The notes below the pieces were generated by a model. That model ran no database searches. It saw only the letters and a list, made by a program, of their open reading frames with translations, and had not been told where the DNA came from. Positions 33,938 through 46,178 of a stretch of 64,000 nucleotides of DNA are shown here, one piece after another (the first letter of the stretch is position 1; every line of letters begins with the position of its first letter). The position numbers were made by a program, and so were the translations under genes. The DNA is from Thecamonas trahens ATCC 50062 (lineage: Eukaryota > Protista > Apusomonadida), in NCBI RefSeq assembly GCF_000142905.1, contig NW_013657663.1, forward strand, positions 1 through 64,000, read 5' to 3'.

Positions 33938-36900
33938 TCACGACGGCCGCATGGGGAGCGGCGGCGGTGGCGTCATCGCCACATCGGACATCTTGCCAGA
34001 GCCGGTCGACAGGACCGTAGTTGCAAAGACCGGATTGGTCGGCTCGACCGACGCGACAGGGCCTGTCGGCGTTGCCGGCTCGACCACCGTCATCGACAGA
34101 CTGTCGAGCGAGTTCATGCCAAGCGAGGCAAAATTGATCTCGGCGCCGCCGCCGGGCATCTTGTCCACCGAGGGATCATACACCAGGTTCTTGACGACCA
34201 CGCACTCGTCGCCGGCACTGGTGTCGACCGAGTCGAACGTCGTCATCACCAGCTCGTTGGCCTCGGCGCCCATCTCAAACTCGACGCCGACGTCCTTCTC
34301 GTGCCACGCCACGAGCACAAAGTCCACAATGTTGCCCACCACAATGGCGAGGATGTTGACACCGATGGCGGTGATCGCCGCCACATGCCGCGCCTCGCTC
34401 TCGCCAAACGTGCCGGCCCACAGAATGCACACGCACGAGGCAAGACACACAACCGCCAGCCAGTTGTGGAACGGCGCCGCATACGGCTCAAACCGCACAA
34501 GCTGTGCAAACGACGCCATCAGCGCCATCAGTGCCGCGTTGGCCTTGGTCTCGGCTGCACGGAAGAACGTCATCGCTATCACCACACTCACCTTGCGGAT
34601 CATGATCCACACTTCAAACCGGTAGTTCTTCTCCTTGAACCGCCCCACCAAAAACGCGTACCGCAGCGCAAACATCATGTCGTCGTTCTTCTTTCGCAAC
34701 CGCGTCAGCAGCCAAAACACAACGCCTGGAATGCCGAGACAGTACGCCGCGCAGAAGAACACCGCAGCCCAAAAGTAGTTCCAGTACCACACCCCGTAGC
34801 AGCTCTTGGCTGGCGCAGCCTCTAGGACCCAACGCCCGTCCTTGTCGCGCCGGCACTGCATGTAGCTCATCGCCATCGCCGCAAGCGGAAGGTACAACAG
34901 CACCATCAACTGCAGGTACGACCGCCGGCACGCGTCCAGCAGCATCGCCATCGTCATCTCCACCGTGCGCCCCAGCTTTGGCGCAATCACGCTCTGGTAC
35001 ACCCGCGTGCACGTGATCACAATCGCAAACGGGAGGCAGAACAGCAGCGGAAGGCTCACCGTCAACCACCACTTGAGCAGCCACACGTCGTCCGTCACCG
35101 TCGCGCACTCGGGCGAGCTCAGGTCAAAGTTAAGGTTGAAGAACGAGACTACGTTGAAGAACTGCGCCGCAAAGTCCGGCCATTCCAGCTCCATCTTGCC
35201 GTACATGGCGCTAATCTGCAGCGAGTTGAACCCAATCATCACCGCCGCAAACCGGTAGCTCAGCTCCTCACGCGCGTTGAGCCACACCAGGAAGCCCACA
35301 AAGCACACCGCGAGTACAAACACGAGGAACAGCAGCGGAATCGTTCGGTTGTCGCACTTGTAGCACGCGCCGCCGAGCACATAGTACCCGCGTGCGCATG
35401 CTCCGCACAGCTGCCCAGTGTAGCCCTCGGCGCACGCAAAGGGATACCCGCCGCGGCACGCGCCAGCGTTCGGGCACTCGAGGAACACGCCTGGATCCTC
35501 GGTCGGAAAGTAGCCCGGGAGCGAGACCGGCGGGGCCAGGCCGCCCGCGCACCGGCCGCCCAGAGGGCATTCGTCGCACGCCACATTCAGTCGCCCGCTC
35601 TGCGTCCACGTTCCCGGAATGCACGTGCAGTTGATGCCCGAGCCCGGAACAGGCACAAACCCGGGCACAATCTGTGTGTTGGCGGGGCAAAAGAGGCACT
35701 CGGTCGCACCCACGCCTGTCAGCACCGTGCTCGAAGGGCACACTGTGCATCCCGCGAGGGATGTCTCGTTCGAGTACGTGCCTTCGGCACAGAGGGCGCA
35801 CTCGAGCACTCCCGAGCCAACCTTGGGCAGCACGCCTGCGCCCGGCAGGCACGCCTGGACCTCAAGTGACGCTGCGATCACCGTCCCTGGCGCAGTCGTC
35901 GCGTCCATCGCAGACTTGGCCACCGTGACCTGCACCTCCACGCTCTCGCCCACGCTGGTTCCCTCGCGGACCGCCACGCCCACGCTCTCAAACGAGATGG
36001 TGGCCTCGCCTGCAAGCTGCTGACGGCCCGCTCCCACAAACGCATACCGCGTCTCGGTCGCTGCCGACGGAAAGCTGAACTCGATCGCAACTTGCGCGTC
36101 GCTCACAGCCTGGCCCAGCCCGTCGCGAATGGACACAACCGCTCGCCCGCTGCCAAACGGCGTTCCCGACGAGACCGTCGCCGGCGGCTCGGCCTCCCAC
36201 CCCAGCGACGTCACTGGCATCGCCACAAGAGCACCGTACCCGACAGAGCCTGCCACCAGCCCGAGCGAGTCGTTGAACGCACTCATGCTGGCATCATCCA
36301 CGCTCAGCCACGGCGCGCCAAGGAGTTCGCTTCTCGAGCTGTCCAGGCAGCACGGATCAACGCCGCTAGAGCACAGCCCCATCGCCGGCGCGCAGGTAAA
36401 CAGCAGACCCGACGACGCCTCTGTCCCCGCGTACCGCGCAGCAGCGTCAAACGAATACGTTGACACGTCTGTAAGAATCACCGGTGATCCACAGGCAAAG
36501 CCCACAGACCCGTACACGCCCGCGTTGCCCACAATCTCGGCGCCGGTCACGGTCACTCCGCCGCGCCCACTGCACGTCGTCGGCCCGTCGCGGGTCTCGG
36601 CCGGCAGCGACGACGACGCCGACTCGGACCCGCTCGTCCCGCCCGACATGTACCCGGCTGCCCGCGCCGCCGCCACGCCGCCGCCAAACGCCGCCGTGTT
36701 GGCCCGCACGCTGCCGCCGAGCACGCTCCCACTCGCTCCGCCGAGCACAGCCACGCCGCCGCCAAGCCGCCGCGCAAAGTTGTCCGCCACCACCGCACCG
36801 TTGAGCGTCACGTGCGACGTCCGACCCGAGACCGCGATCGCCCCGCCGTGGATGTCGGCAGAGTTGTCCACCAGCCTCGCACCGGGAGCACTCGTCACGC

Positions 36901-39900
36901 TGCACGACGCATCGGCCTCTGCCAGCGTAGACAGGCTGAGCGAAATCGCTCCGCCAGACCCGGCCGCCGCGTTGCCCGACAGCACCGCGGCCGGGCCGAG
37001 CACCACATCGACAACACCCGATTCGAGCGTAAAGCCGCGGATGCCGCCGCCGTCGCCGCTACTCGCTCCGTTGCCCGACAGCACCGTGTCGTCAAGGTCA
37101 AACACCACGCGCGCATCGTCAGACGCACGGAGAAAGACTCCGCCGCCGACCTCGGCCGCCGCGTTGTGCGCAATCAAGCTAGCTCGCACACTCACGCTCA
37201 GAACGCTCTGCAGAACAATGAACACCAGCCCGCCGCCGCGCTCCTCGGCCGCAGACGTAAACTCAGAGCCGATCGCCGAGTTACTCTCAATCCGCGAGTT
37301 GACAATCGAAACGCTCGACGGCCCGGTTCCGGCCTCCACAAACAGGCACCCACCCGAGATGATCGCCTCGTTGTGCTCGCAGACCACGTTGTCAAAGACA
37401 ACCTCGATTGCGCTGCCCACAAGTGCTACCGCCCCGCCCGAGTGACCCGCGCTGTTGTGCGAAAAGACCACAGAGGTGGCGTGGAGCGACGCCGCGCCAC
37501 GAAGCAGGATCGCCCCCCCAAAGCCAATGACCGGCGACGAGACCGAGAGCTGGTTCGCCGTCAACGCTGTAGAGTTGGTGATGGTGACGTTGCGGAGGAC
37601 AAGCGAGCCGCCCTCGACGTCGATGGCCGCGCCACCAAACCGCGTCGAGGACGTCTTAGCGTTGCGGATCTCCACATTCTCCAACGTCAGCTGGACGCCC
37701 ACGTCGGCAACGCGGAAGAGCATGCCCGAGTGTCGACAGTCAAACACAGCACCGGCGTCCTCGCCAAGCAGCCGCAGCGACCGCCCGATGAGGTACGGCT
37801 CCTCGGTCGGGCACCCGCTGTAGGTTCCGGTCGGGAGCACAACTGTGTCAAACAGGCACTTGCCGGTCCGCAGTGCAATGGTCTCGGTCACGCATGCGAG
37901 CGAGAAGCCGCATTTGTCGGTCTCGACCCGGAACGTCGCAGGCGCCCGCGTCGCTCGCCACGTCGACTGCATCCCGGTGTACACCAGGTTGTACGATGGC
38001 GAAATGCCAGACGCCACCATGTCGGGGAATCCGTCCGCATCGATGTCGGCCACGTGCACATCGCGGATATTGCGAAGGGAGGAAACGGCTTGAAAGTGCC
38101 ACGGCATGTTGCTCGAGAGCCGCGACGGTCCGAGCATGCTCGACGAGTCGTTGAACACCCCGATGCTCGCGACAGGCGACTGGTTGAGCACAATCGTGAC
38201 CCGCGAGTACGTCAACGACGACATGTACATCAGATCGTCCCATCCGTCCATATCAACATCTGCGACGATGAGGTTGTTCCCAGGCGTGAGCGGGTATGTC
38301 ATCGATGAGCGGGTCGAGTAGCCCGGCGAGTCGGCCCGCCCCCAGTTGACCTCGAGCGGCACCACCCGCGGCGGGCCAAAGCTCGGCAGGCCGGCGCCAA
38401 ACGGCACCATGTTCATCGCGTAGAGCAATCCCTCGCCCTCCGTACCGGTCGTGTACGCCAAGTCAAGTGCCCCATCCCGGTTGAGGTCAACGAGCTGGAT
38501 GGCGGTGAGGCTCGGTGGGGAGGCTAGCACAACAGCGCTCGCCATCGCCCACGGCAAACCGCCGATCGAAGGAACAAGCAACACCCTGTTCGAGCACGAG
38601 ACCACAAAATCAAGGAGCCTGTCACCGGTCATGTCAACGCTCAACACCCGCCGGTCTGGCGACGAGCACAGAGTCGAGAGGTCGGCCAGGACGCTGCCGG
38701 CGTCAAAGCCGGTCGCCGACGCCGCGTCGCCGAGGAAGAGCATCAGCTTGCGAGTGTAGAGCGGTAACGTCACGATGTCTGGCAGCAAGTCATCGTTGAG
38801 GAGCACAACAGCGAGGTTGTCTGGCCCGTTGAGCGCAGAGTTTGTCGTCGTGATGTTGCCGACCATGACGAGACCGTCGAGCTCAAAGTACGGTGGCTCG
38901 CCGGTGTTGGGCATCCACGCAACGAAATCGCCCACCTTCGAGGTCACCACAAGGTCCGGCAAGCCGTCAAGGGTGATGTCAGCAGCAACCACTGACGAGA
39001 TGACCACACCGAGCGCGGACATGTCAATCGCGGTCGCGTCAGCGATCTCAAAGGCGGGCGCGTCAAGGAAGAGGTACAGCATGCTAGAACTCGTTCCTGT
39101 GGTGGCAAACGCCACAATGTCTGCCACCGAGTCAGAGTTGATGTCAACAATCGTCGAGCCGCCAAATCCGTTCGGCGACGACGACATCACAACGTCGACA
39201 GCCTTGGTAGCTTCCCGGAAGCCAAGGTTGTACATGATGTGGAAGCCCGAGGTCGAGCCGTAGATGACATCGGCAAAAGTGTCCCCATCGTAGTCGGTGA
39301 CAACAAACCGATAACCGGTTGTGTCAATGGCTGTCGGGTGGAAGGTGGTGAACGAGGTGTTGGCTACTGCCGACGCTTGCCTCGGCGTCACGCCAAAGAA
39401 CGGATAGTGGTTCCGTACGTTGTCGTTGATCAAGATGTCAGGCATGGTGTCTTCGGCTGGATTGAGCTGGGTAAACTCAAAGTAAGCCGCGGGATGGGGC
39501 CCGTCGATGACAGCGAGCGAAAGTCGGGTTGCGCTTGCTGCAAAGTCGCTCCAAACGCTGCTGGCAGCATGGAAAAGGACGAGCTCCGGCCCAGTGTTGG
39601 CAACAAGGTCCATCAGTCCGTCGCCATCGACATCGCGGAAGACAATGTGGCGGATCTCGGAGAGTTCGCCGGCAAGCCGGGTACTGATCACCCCACTTTC
39701 CGGAGCCAACCAGTCAGGGACAGCATACCACCACACCTCGCCAAACACGCCCGGGCCGTCCCAGGCGACGACAATGTCGCGCCCGTTGCCGAGATCGACA
39801 ATCTCGAGCGCATAGCCGATGGTGCCCGAGACCGGCGCGTTGGCAATCGTCGCGATGCTGTTGACCGACTCAAAGTCGAGCGGAGCGCCGGGGAGCGCGC

Positions 39901-41870
39901 CCGAGTCGGCGTGCTGGTTGCGAATGATCCGAAGCTGGGAAGGCGCGTTCGAGAACTCCTCAACAAACACAACGTCGCGGTCGCCATCGCCATCAACGTC
40001 AAGAACCTGAATGCGGTGGACGTCGCTCGAGGTGGTGGTTAGCGCCGTCGTCGACGGATACGACGGAAGTGGCGAGCCAGGGATGGACGAGCCCGGCCCG
40101 CCGGTAACAAACGAGGCCATGGCTGTCGTGTTGTAGTGGACAAGCTGGACCACAAAGTCGACGACGCCGTCGCCGTTAGTGTCGCCGATCGCGGCCTGGT
40201 AGTCGATGTCGGCGAGGTCTGTCAGAAACGCTGCAGGGCGGTCAAGCTGGAAGATCGTCGAGAACGCGGCCAAGTTCTCGTAGTAGACAAGCGCGTTCTC
40301 GGTTGCCGACGACATGATGAGAAGATCAAGCCGGCCGTCGCCGGTCAGGTCTTCCAGCGCAACGTAGTTCTCACTAGTGAGGCCAGTGGGGCTGTCCTCA
40401 AACAAAGTGCCAGTAAAGACACCAGAGCCAGCGTCAAACAGCGAACAAAAGACAACGTTGAGCGTACAGCCACAAATGTCCAGGTCGCTGTCACCGTCAA
40501 TGTCACCGAGCGCCACGTGCCGCGGGTACGAGATCGAGACCGCAGTCGTGGTGGTAAACGTCGAGTCGCCGTTGTTGCGAACATAGAGGACCGAATCGCT
40601 CGACAGCGTGACAACAGCAATGTCGAGAAAGGTGTCGAGGTTGACGTCGCCGACGGCAAACCGGCCCATGTAGTTAGTCGAGCTCGCGAGGGTGACGATG
40701 GTGCCCGTCGGCGCAAAGTTGGCGGCCGGCGACGCTGCGGCGTTCGGGTAGACCGCGACAATGTCTGACGAGGACGACGAGAACAGGATGTCCAAGTCAC
40801 CATCGTTGTCGTAGTCAAAGAACCGGATTTCGTAGATGCTCGAGCGCCTGAGCGTCGACGATGTGGTGACCAGGACGGCGGGCGAGGCCGCTGAGAACAC
40901 GCCTGGGCCGGACGCATGGTGGACGTACACGTCGCGATTGCTGGTAATATACACAACGTCAGGCCAGGCGTCGCCGTTGACCAGTGCCACGTCCATGTGC
41001 TGGACGAAGTACGTCGACACTGGCTCATACACGATCGGCGAGGCCGGGATGGAGAACGCCCCGTTCCCATCGTTCTCGCGCCACACAAGAGAAACGCCGT
41101 TGTCAAAGAGCGCAAACATGAGGTCGGCATCGCCGTCACCATCGACGTCTTTCAGCACATGCTCGCGGCTCGAGAAGATCGGCGAGCTGGGGTAGTCTGG
41201 CAACGGCACATCGCCGACGTAGACCGGGTATGGTCTGTCTGCCACACCGCGCACTGCATCGAGCCCATACGACCCACCGATGACAAGGTCCGGAATGTTG
41301 TCACCGTTGAGGTCGCCGGCGTAACCGTCGTGGACATAGAACGATGGGTAGCTTGTCGTGGCGTGCGAAACAAAGTACGGCGCGGCCCAAACGTCGGGCA
41401 TCATGCCAACCGGGCCCATGGCTGCACCGGGACAGCCCGGGTACGGCATGAGGCTCGAGCCCGGAGGCTGCGTCGCCGGCAGCATGTCCCGCACAAATGC
41501 AGCTGACGAGGGAAGGACAGTCATACCGTATCGATCAAAGGCAATAGCATCATGCCGTCCGTCGCAGTCGTAGTCGACGTCAACCTTGGTCGAGAGCACG
41601 TCGGTGGTGTAGACGCCAGATCCCCACAGATCCCGCCCTGTCAATCCATATGTGCTGGCCGATGTGGTCGGAGGCTGTGTGGAGGGGTGAGTGGCAGAAG
41701 GGTAGGCAGGTATGGCATTGAGGGGTTGGGGGGGGGGGGGGAGGGGGGGAGGGGAGGGGGGAATGCGGCAAAAATACAAAACGAACCGACGTGCAAAGCT
41801 GACCGGTCACTCGTGGCGAGGCCAAGGTGCAGAGCAAGGCGAGAGCCACGACCACTGAGGGGGAAAACAT
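33938..41870 (-). CDS. Giant cell-surface receptor: signal peptide, FG-GAP/VCBS repeats, GGA[IV] beta-helix, Cys-rich (GCC2/3-like) repeats, ~9-TM TRP/Flc-like domain (exon 1 41870-41787, exon 2 41674-33938)
   Basis: Signal MFSPSVVVALALLCTLA; phase-0 GTTCGT...CAG intron; many DxDGDGDxD motifs; FxxNxA..GGA[IV] repeats; CxxCxxGTYS repeats; YAFLVGRF...FEVWIMIRK and PY...HN.L TM motifs. Confidence 0.85.
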
Positions 41871-42105
41871 GGTGGTAGGGAGAAGATTTGGTTGGGGTGG
41901 ATGTGGTGGGAGGGACGCAAGAAAGGAGGGTGGAGGTGGGGTGGGGGTGGGAGGGGGGTGGGAGGGGGGGAGTGCGGGGTTGCAGGGGCCGGTGCGGGGA
42001 GCGGCCAACTTGAACGCGCGCGTGCAGAGACGTGCATGAGCGGCAAGTGCAGCAGACAAAATATACTCCCAGCACCAAAAATATGCAAGCCATGAAAATC
42101 GACTC

Positions 42106-43521
42106 TCACTGGTACGGGGAAAAGCGCATGGGGTCAAAGGCAGCGGGGATGGCGACGCCGGCCATCCACGGTGGGAGGGTTGCAGGATCGAGGTTGAGGC
42201 GGGCACATGCCCACTTGCCGGCGCAGTAGCCGGCGCGGAGTGCTTTGGTCATGCCATTGCCCGAGTAGCCGCCGACGAGGAAGACGGGCGAGTCTGCTGC
42301 GAGGCCATCGGCGACGTAGGTGGAGCCGGGCGCGGTGACCGGGCCGATGAGCGGGAGGTTGTCAGCGGTGTAGGCGAGGCGGCCGGACCAGATGCGCGTC
42401 GGTGGGGGGAGCGGCTCGTCAGGCGCACATAGCTCGCCGACGAGCGAGGCGAGCTCGTCGCCGACGGCGATTGCATCCGGGTCCGAGTCGGAACCGCCAG
42501 CCGGGAGCTGGACCGACGAGCCGAAAACGATCGAATCGTAGGCCTGCCGGCCATAGACTTCGTCCGGGAGAGAGATGAGGAATGGGTCCGGCGAGCCGAG
42601 CGCGTCGCGCATGGCGGCCATGGCGGCGGGCGCGCTTGGAACAGGATACGCCGCGACCAGCTCGCGCGGCGTCGTCCACACCAGCTCGCCACACTCTGCC
42701 AGCCACGGCGGGAACAAGTCGGGGACCAGATGGTAGCCATTGACGGCAAGCACAACCGTGGTCGCGATCACGGCCGAGCCGTCGGCCAGGACGACTCGGA
42801 CGCAGCCGGCGGGCGCGGCCTCGAGCCGGAGAGCCGTTGTCTCCTCGGCGATGGCAAAGACCGAGCCACGGGCCTCAGCCGCTGCCGCTGCCGCGTCGGC
42901 CACCGCAAAGCAGAACGCGACCGGGTCGATGGTCCCGCACTCGGGCTCGGCCACCACACCGCCGGCGTTGCCAAAGTGTGATGCGGCCGAGTGGGAGAGG
43001 GAGTCCATGGCCATCGGCTTGTTGTTCGCGCCTAGCGCTGCCGAGTTCAGCGAGGAGGTGTGGAGCGCTTGTAGGACAGGGACTATGGCAGTCTCCATGT
43101 CGGACCAGCACAGCGGATCTGGAATGATCTCGACGCCTAGCCCGCCACCGAGCTCGAGGCCGATCGCCTCAGCGCCGACGGTGCGAGCGGCAAAGTCGGC
43201 AATGTCGCGGAGACATGCATAATCAAAGTCAAAGGCAGCAACCAAGTTGTCTGGCAGCTCGTCAGGCGACACGATGTCGTGCGGGACCCGGAACGAGGGC
43301 CAGAGCTGGCCGCCATTCCGGCCGGACGCGCCGCTGGCCACCCGACCGGCTTCGACGACGACGACTGAGCTCGCGCCGCCACTCAGTGCAGCGTACGCTG
43401 TGGCCATGCCAGTCACCCCGCCGCCAACTACCACCACCTCGGCAGATGCAGGCAGTGCATGTGTGACATGCGGGCTTGTGTCCCGTCCAGATTTCGTCCA
43501 CCAGAGCGAGGGCGGGTCCAT
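42106..43521 (-). CDS. FAD-dependent oxidoreductase, DAO/PuuB-like family
   Basis: SLWW start, VVVGGGVTG, GASGRNGG, WSG...YTADNLPLIG, GGYSGNGM, FDP.RF. Confidence 0.88.
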   Translation of the reverse strand: MDPPSLWWTKSGRDTSPHVTHALPASAEVVVVGGGVTGMATAYAALSGGASSVVVVEAGRVASGASGRNGGQLWPSFRVPHDIVSPDELPDNLVAAFDFDYACLRDIADFAARTVGAEAIGLELGGGLGVEIIPDPLCWSDMETAIVPVLQALHTSSLNSAALGANNKPMAMDSLSHSAASHFGNAGGVVAEPECGTIDPVAFCFAVADAAAAAAEARGSVFAIAEETTALRLEAAPAGCVRVVLADGSAVIATTVVLAVNGYHLVPDLFPPWLAECGELVWTTPRELVAAYPVPSAPAAMAAMRDALGSPDPFLISLPDEVYGRQAYDSIVFGSSVQLPAGGSDSDPDAIAVGDELASLVGELCAPDEPLPPPTRIWSGRLAYTADNLPLIGPVTAPGSTYVADGLAADSPVFLVGGYSGNGMTKALRAGYCAGKWACARLNLDPATLPPWMAGVAIPAAFDPMRFSPYQ

Positions 43522-43876
43522 GCAGTTTGGCAAGCGTGGCAAGCGAGGAGTGGCATGGGGAGAGGGAGGCGCTTGTCTGATCACGCTTGATCACGTGTCG
43601 TAGGACGCAAGCGTGTGCGGCTTTTTACCGAAGGGTGGAGAAGAAGGACGACGGTGCGGACATCGGTACGGAGAATGAGTACGGCGAGAAAGAGGCGAGA
43701 TGAGGGCAATGTATCCGAAGAGGAAAACGCTTAAACAAGATGGTGCTGTACACGTGAGTGTGTCGTGCCTGTGCGCCGCTCGAGCAGTCACCCACATCAT
43801 CACACGCACTCACACACGCCATCCCCTTGATCCTCGCCATCCTGTTTCACCCTTGGGCAATCTGCCTCATCCACCA

Positions 43877-43884
43877 ACACACGC

Positions 43885-43937
<53 letters not shown>

Positions 43938-43945
43938 CACACACG
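43877..43945. repeat. (CA)n microsatellite
   Basis: Direct observation. Confidence 0.95.
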
Positions 43946-44075
43946 TACTGTGTCGAGCAGCACGATCATCATGTTCGCCAGCCGCCAGCCGCCAGCCGCC
44001 AGCCGCCGCATTGTGCCCGAGGGCGCCGACCGGCATCCCCCCGACAGCTGAATGCGGAGAAGGCGAGGCACAACC

Positions 44076-44076
44076 C

Positions 44077-44113
<37 letters not shown>

Positions 44114-44143
44114 CACGACCACGACCACGACGACGACCACGAC
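44076..44143. repeat. (CACGAC)n microsatellite
   Basis: Direct observation. Confidence 0.9.
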
Positions 44144-44309
44144 TCTCGCACCGCCCTCCCTCGCGCAACTACGAGACCCCTCTCCCTCTCTACCACCTGT
44201 TCGCGAGTGTGCTCCATAGGCATACTCTCTGCGTAGAGCGAGCGGCATAGCCTTCAGTCCCCCCTTCTCCCCCCCCCCCCCCTCTTCCCCCTCTTCCCCC
44301 CTCCCAACA

Positions 44310-46172
44310 ATGGAGGTTAACCAGGGAGCAGGAGCAGGAGCAGGAGCAGGAGACGGAGCAGGAGACAGAGCGAGTATGAAGACAGCGGAGATGGCGGTGA
44401 ATGGTGCAAGTGCAACAGCAGCAAGTGGGTCAAAGCCAGCAACGCCTCCGGCGGCTCCAGGCTCCTCGGCACCTCTGCCGATAGCAACAGGTGGGCAGGT
44501 CGGGACACCGACAGAGCCTGCTCTGCCTCCACTGCGAACGGCTACCGCTCCCGCTGCAACTGGCTCAGTCGCTGCTGGTGGTGGGCCGGGCGCTTCGCCG
44601 GCGACTGGTGCGGTGCCGGTGCTGGCTGAGGCTGAAGTACAGGGTGCGGCTGCCGGTGCCGAGGCTGGCGGCGGCGAGGCTAGCGGCGGTGCTGCGGCGA
44701 CGGCGAGGGCAGCGGCGGCGGCGGCGAGTGGGGTGACTGCTGCAGCGTCTGCGATAGAGTCTGCAGCGGGTGGCGGCGAGGCGAAAGGCGAGGGCGAGGG
44801 CGGCGGTGGCTTGGTGGGCTCGGACGACTCGTCAGGTCCGTCGACGCCGACGGGCGGCGTCCACTCGGGGGCTGTGGACGAGGACGACGGCGACGAGTCG
44901 CAGCCGTGGTACGCAGTCCTGCGCGCGGCACTGGAGGCCAAGGCGTCTGCTCTCTCGCTGGGTGGGCACGAGCTGACGCTGTACCCCGAGGATGCGTGCC
45001 ATCTGGCCAAGACGCTCACGGCGCTGTACTTGCACCATAACCGGCTGCAGACGCTCTCGCCGTCGGTGGCGGTCCTCTCGCGGCTGCGGGTGCTCAACCT
45101 GGCGAACAACAAGCTGACCGACTTGCCCAAGGCGGTCTCGTCGCTGACCGGCCTTGTCGAGCTCAACCTCTCGCACAACGAGTTTACCGCCTTTCCGTCG
45201 GCGCTCCCGGACTCGCTGCAGATTCTATACCTCAACCGCAACCACCTCGACCAGGTGAGTGATGCGCTGTCGGACCTGACATCGCTCCGGATTCTCAACC
45301 TCTCACATAACGTGCTGCTCGAGGTGCCGGCGAATGCGCTCGAGGGCCTCGGGGCGCTGGAGGACTTTTACGCGGAGCACAACCAGCTGGTGACCCTCCC
45401 ACCGTCTGTTGGCTTGCTCAGCTCGTTGGCGACGCTCTGGGTGCCAAACAACAACATCCAGGAGTTGCCGCGCGAGATCGGGGAGCTCAGCTCGCTGACG
45501 ATGTGCAACGTGGCGAACAACCGGCTGCAAGAGCTGCCGCGGACGCTGGGGCTCTGCAGCGCGCTGCGGGTCCTCAACGTCTCGCACAACGACCTGGAGA
45601 GCTTGCCGGCAGCGCTCGGCCGATGCCTGCACCTCCGCACGCTGTCTGTGCGCGGGAACAAGCTCTCCGAGCTCCCGCAGGAGCTCGCTTCCAAGTCGAC
45701 GTACGGCGTGCTCAACTTTCTGTACGGGTGGAAGCCCTCAGTCCACTTTCGGTTTCCAGTCGCGACCCGCGAGGCGCTTGTTGCGTTTTTCATTGTCGCT
45801 CAGATCCGTGCCGACGAGAGCGGCCTGCCGTTGTTGCCGCAGCGTGCGCTCGACCGCATCGCGTACTACGTCGCTGGCAACGGCGAGAAGCACCATCACG
45901 AGGAGGCTGCGGCCGACGAGGCTGAAGCCGGCGACGGCGCCGGTGCGTCTGGCCCGGCAGCGGCAGCGGCAGCGGCAGCCGCCGCCGCGACGCAAGAGGT
46001 CGGCGCAGCAGCAGCGCCTGCGGCAGCGAGCGAGCCCGAGGCCCGAGCAAGTTCAAAGGCAGGCGAGGCCGGCGACGGGGCTGCGGCTGAGGCCGAGGCC
46101 GGAGCAGGCGCAAAAGCAGGCGGCACCGAAGGCGGCGACGGCGGCGACGGCGGCGAGAGCGCGGCAGCGTGA
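44310..46172 (+). CDS. Cytosolic leucine-rich repeat protein (~10 LRRs) with Ala/Gly-rich termini and an F-box/SOCS-like C-terminal motif
   Basis: Repeated LxxLxLxxNxLxxLP; WKPSVHFRFP...LPQRALDRIAYYV. Confidence 0.85.
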   Translation: MEVNQGAGAGAGAGDGAGDRASMKTAEMAVNGASATAASGSKPATPPAAPGSSAPLPIATGGQVGTPTEPALPPLRTATAPAATGSVAAGGGPGASPATGAVPVLAEAEVQGAAAGAEAGGGEASGGAAATARAAAAAASGVTAAASAIESAAGGGEAKGEGEGGGGLVGSDDSSGPSTPTGGVHSGAVDEDDGDESQPWYAVLRAALEAKASALSLGGHELTLYPEDACHLAKTLTALYLHHNRLQTLSPSVAVLSRLRVLNLANNKLTDLPKAVSSLTGLVELNLSHNEFTAFPSALPDSLQILYLNRNHLDQVSDALSDLTSLRILNLSHNVLLEVPANALEGLGALEDFYAEHNQLVTLPPSVGLLSSLATLWVPNNNIQELPREIGELSSLTMCNVANNRLQELPRTLGLCSALRVLNVSHNDLESLPAALGRCLHLRTLSVRGNKLSELPQELASKSTYGVLNFLYGWKPSVHFRFPVATREALVAFFIVAQIRADESGLPLLPQRALDRIAYYVAGNGEKHHHEEAAADEAEAGDGAGASGPAAAAAAAAAAATQEVGAAAAPAAASEPEARASSKAGEAGDGAAAEAEAGAGAKAGGTEGGDGGDGGESAAA

Positions 46173-46178
46173 GGACGG

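Noticed and set aside
33938-35345. 7TM adhesion GPCR call for the giant receptor
   Set aside because: About nine hydrophobic segments, no GAIN/GPS motif, and motifs that fit the TRP/Flc-like family better
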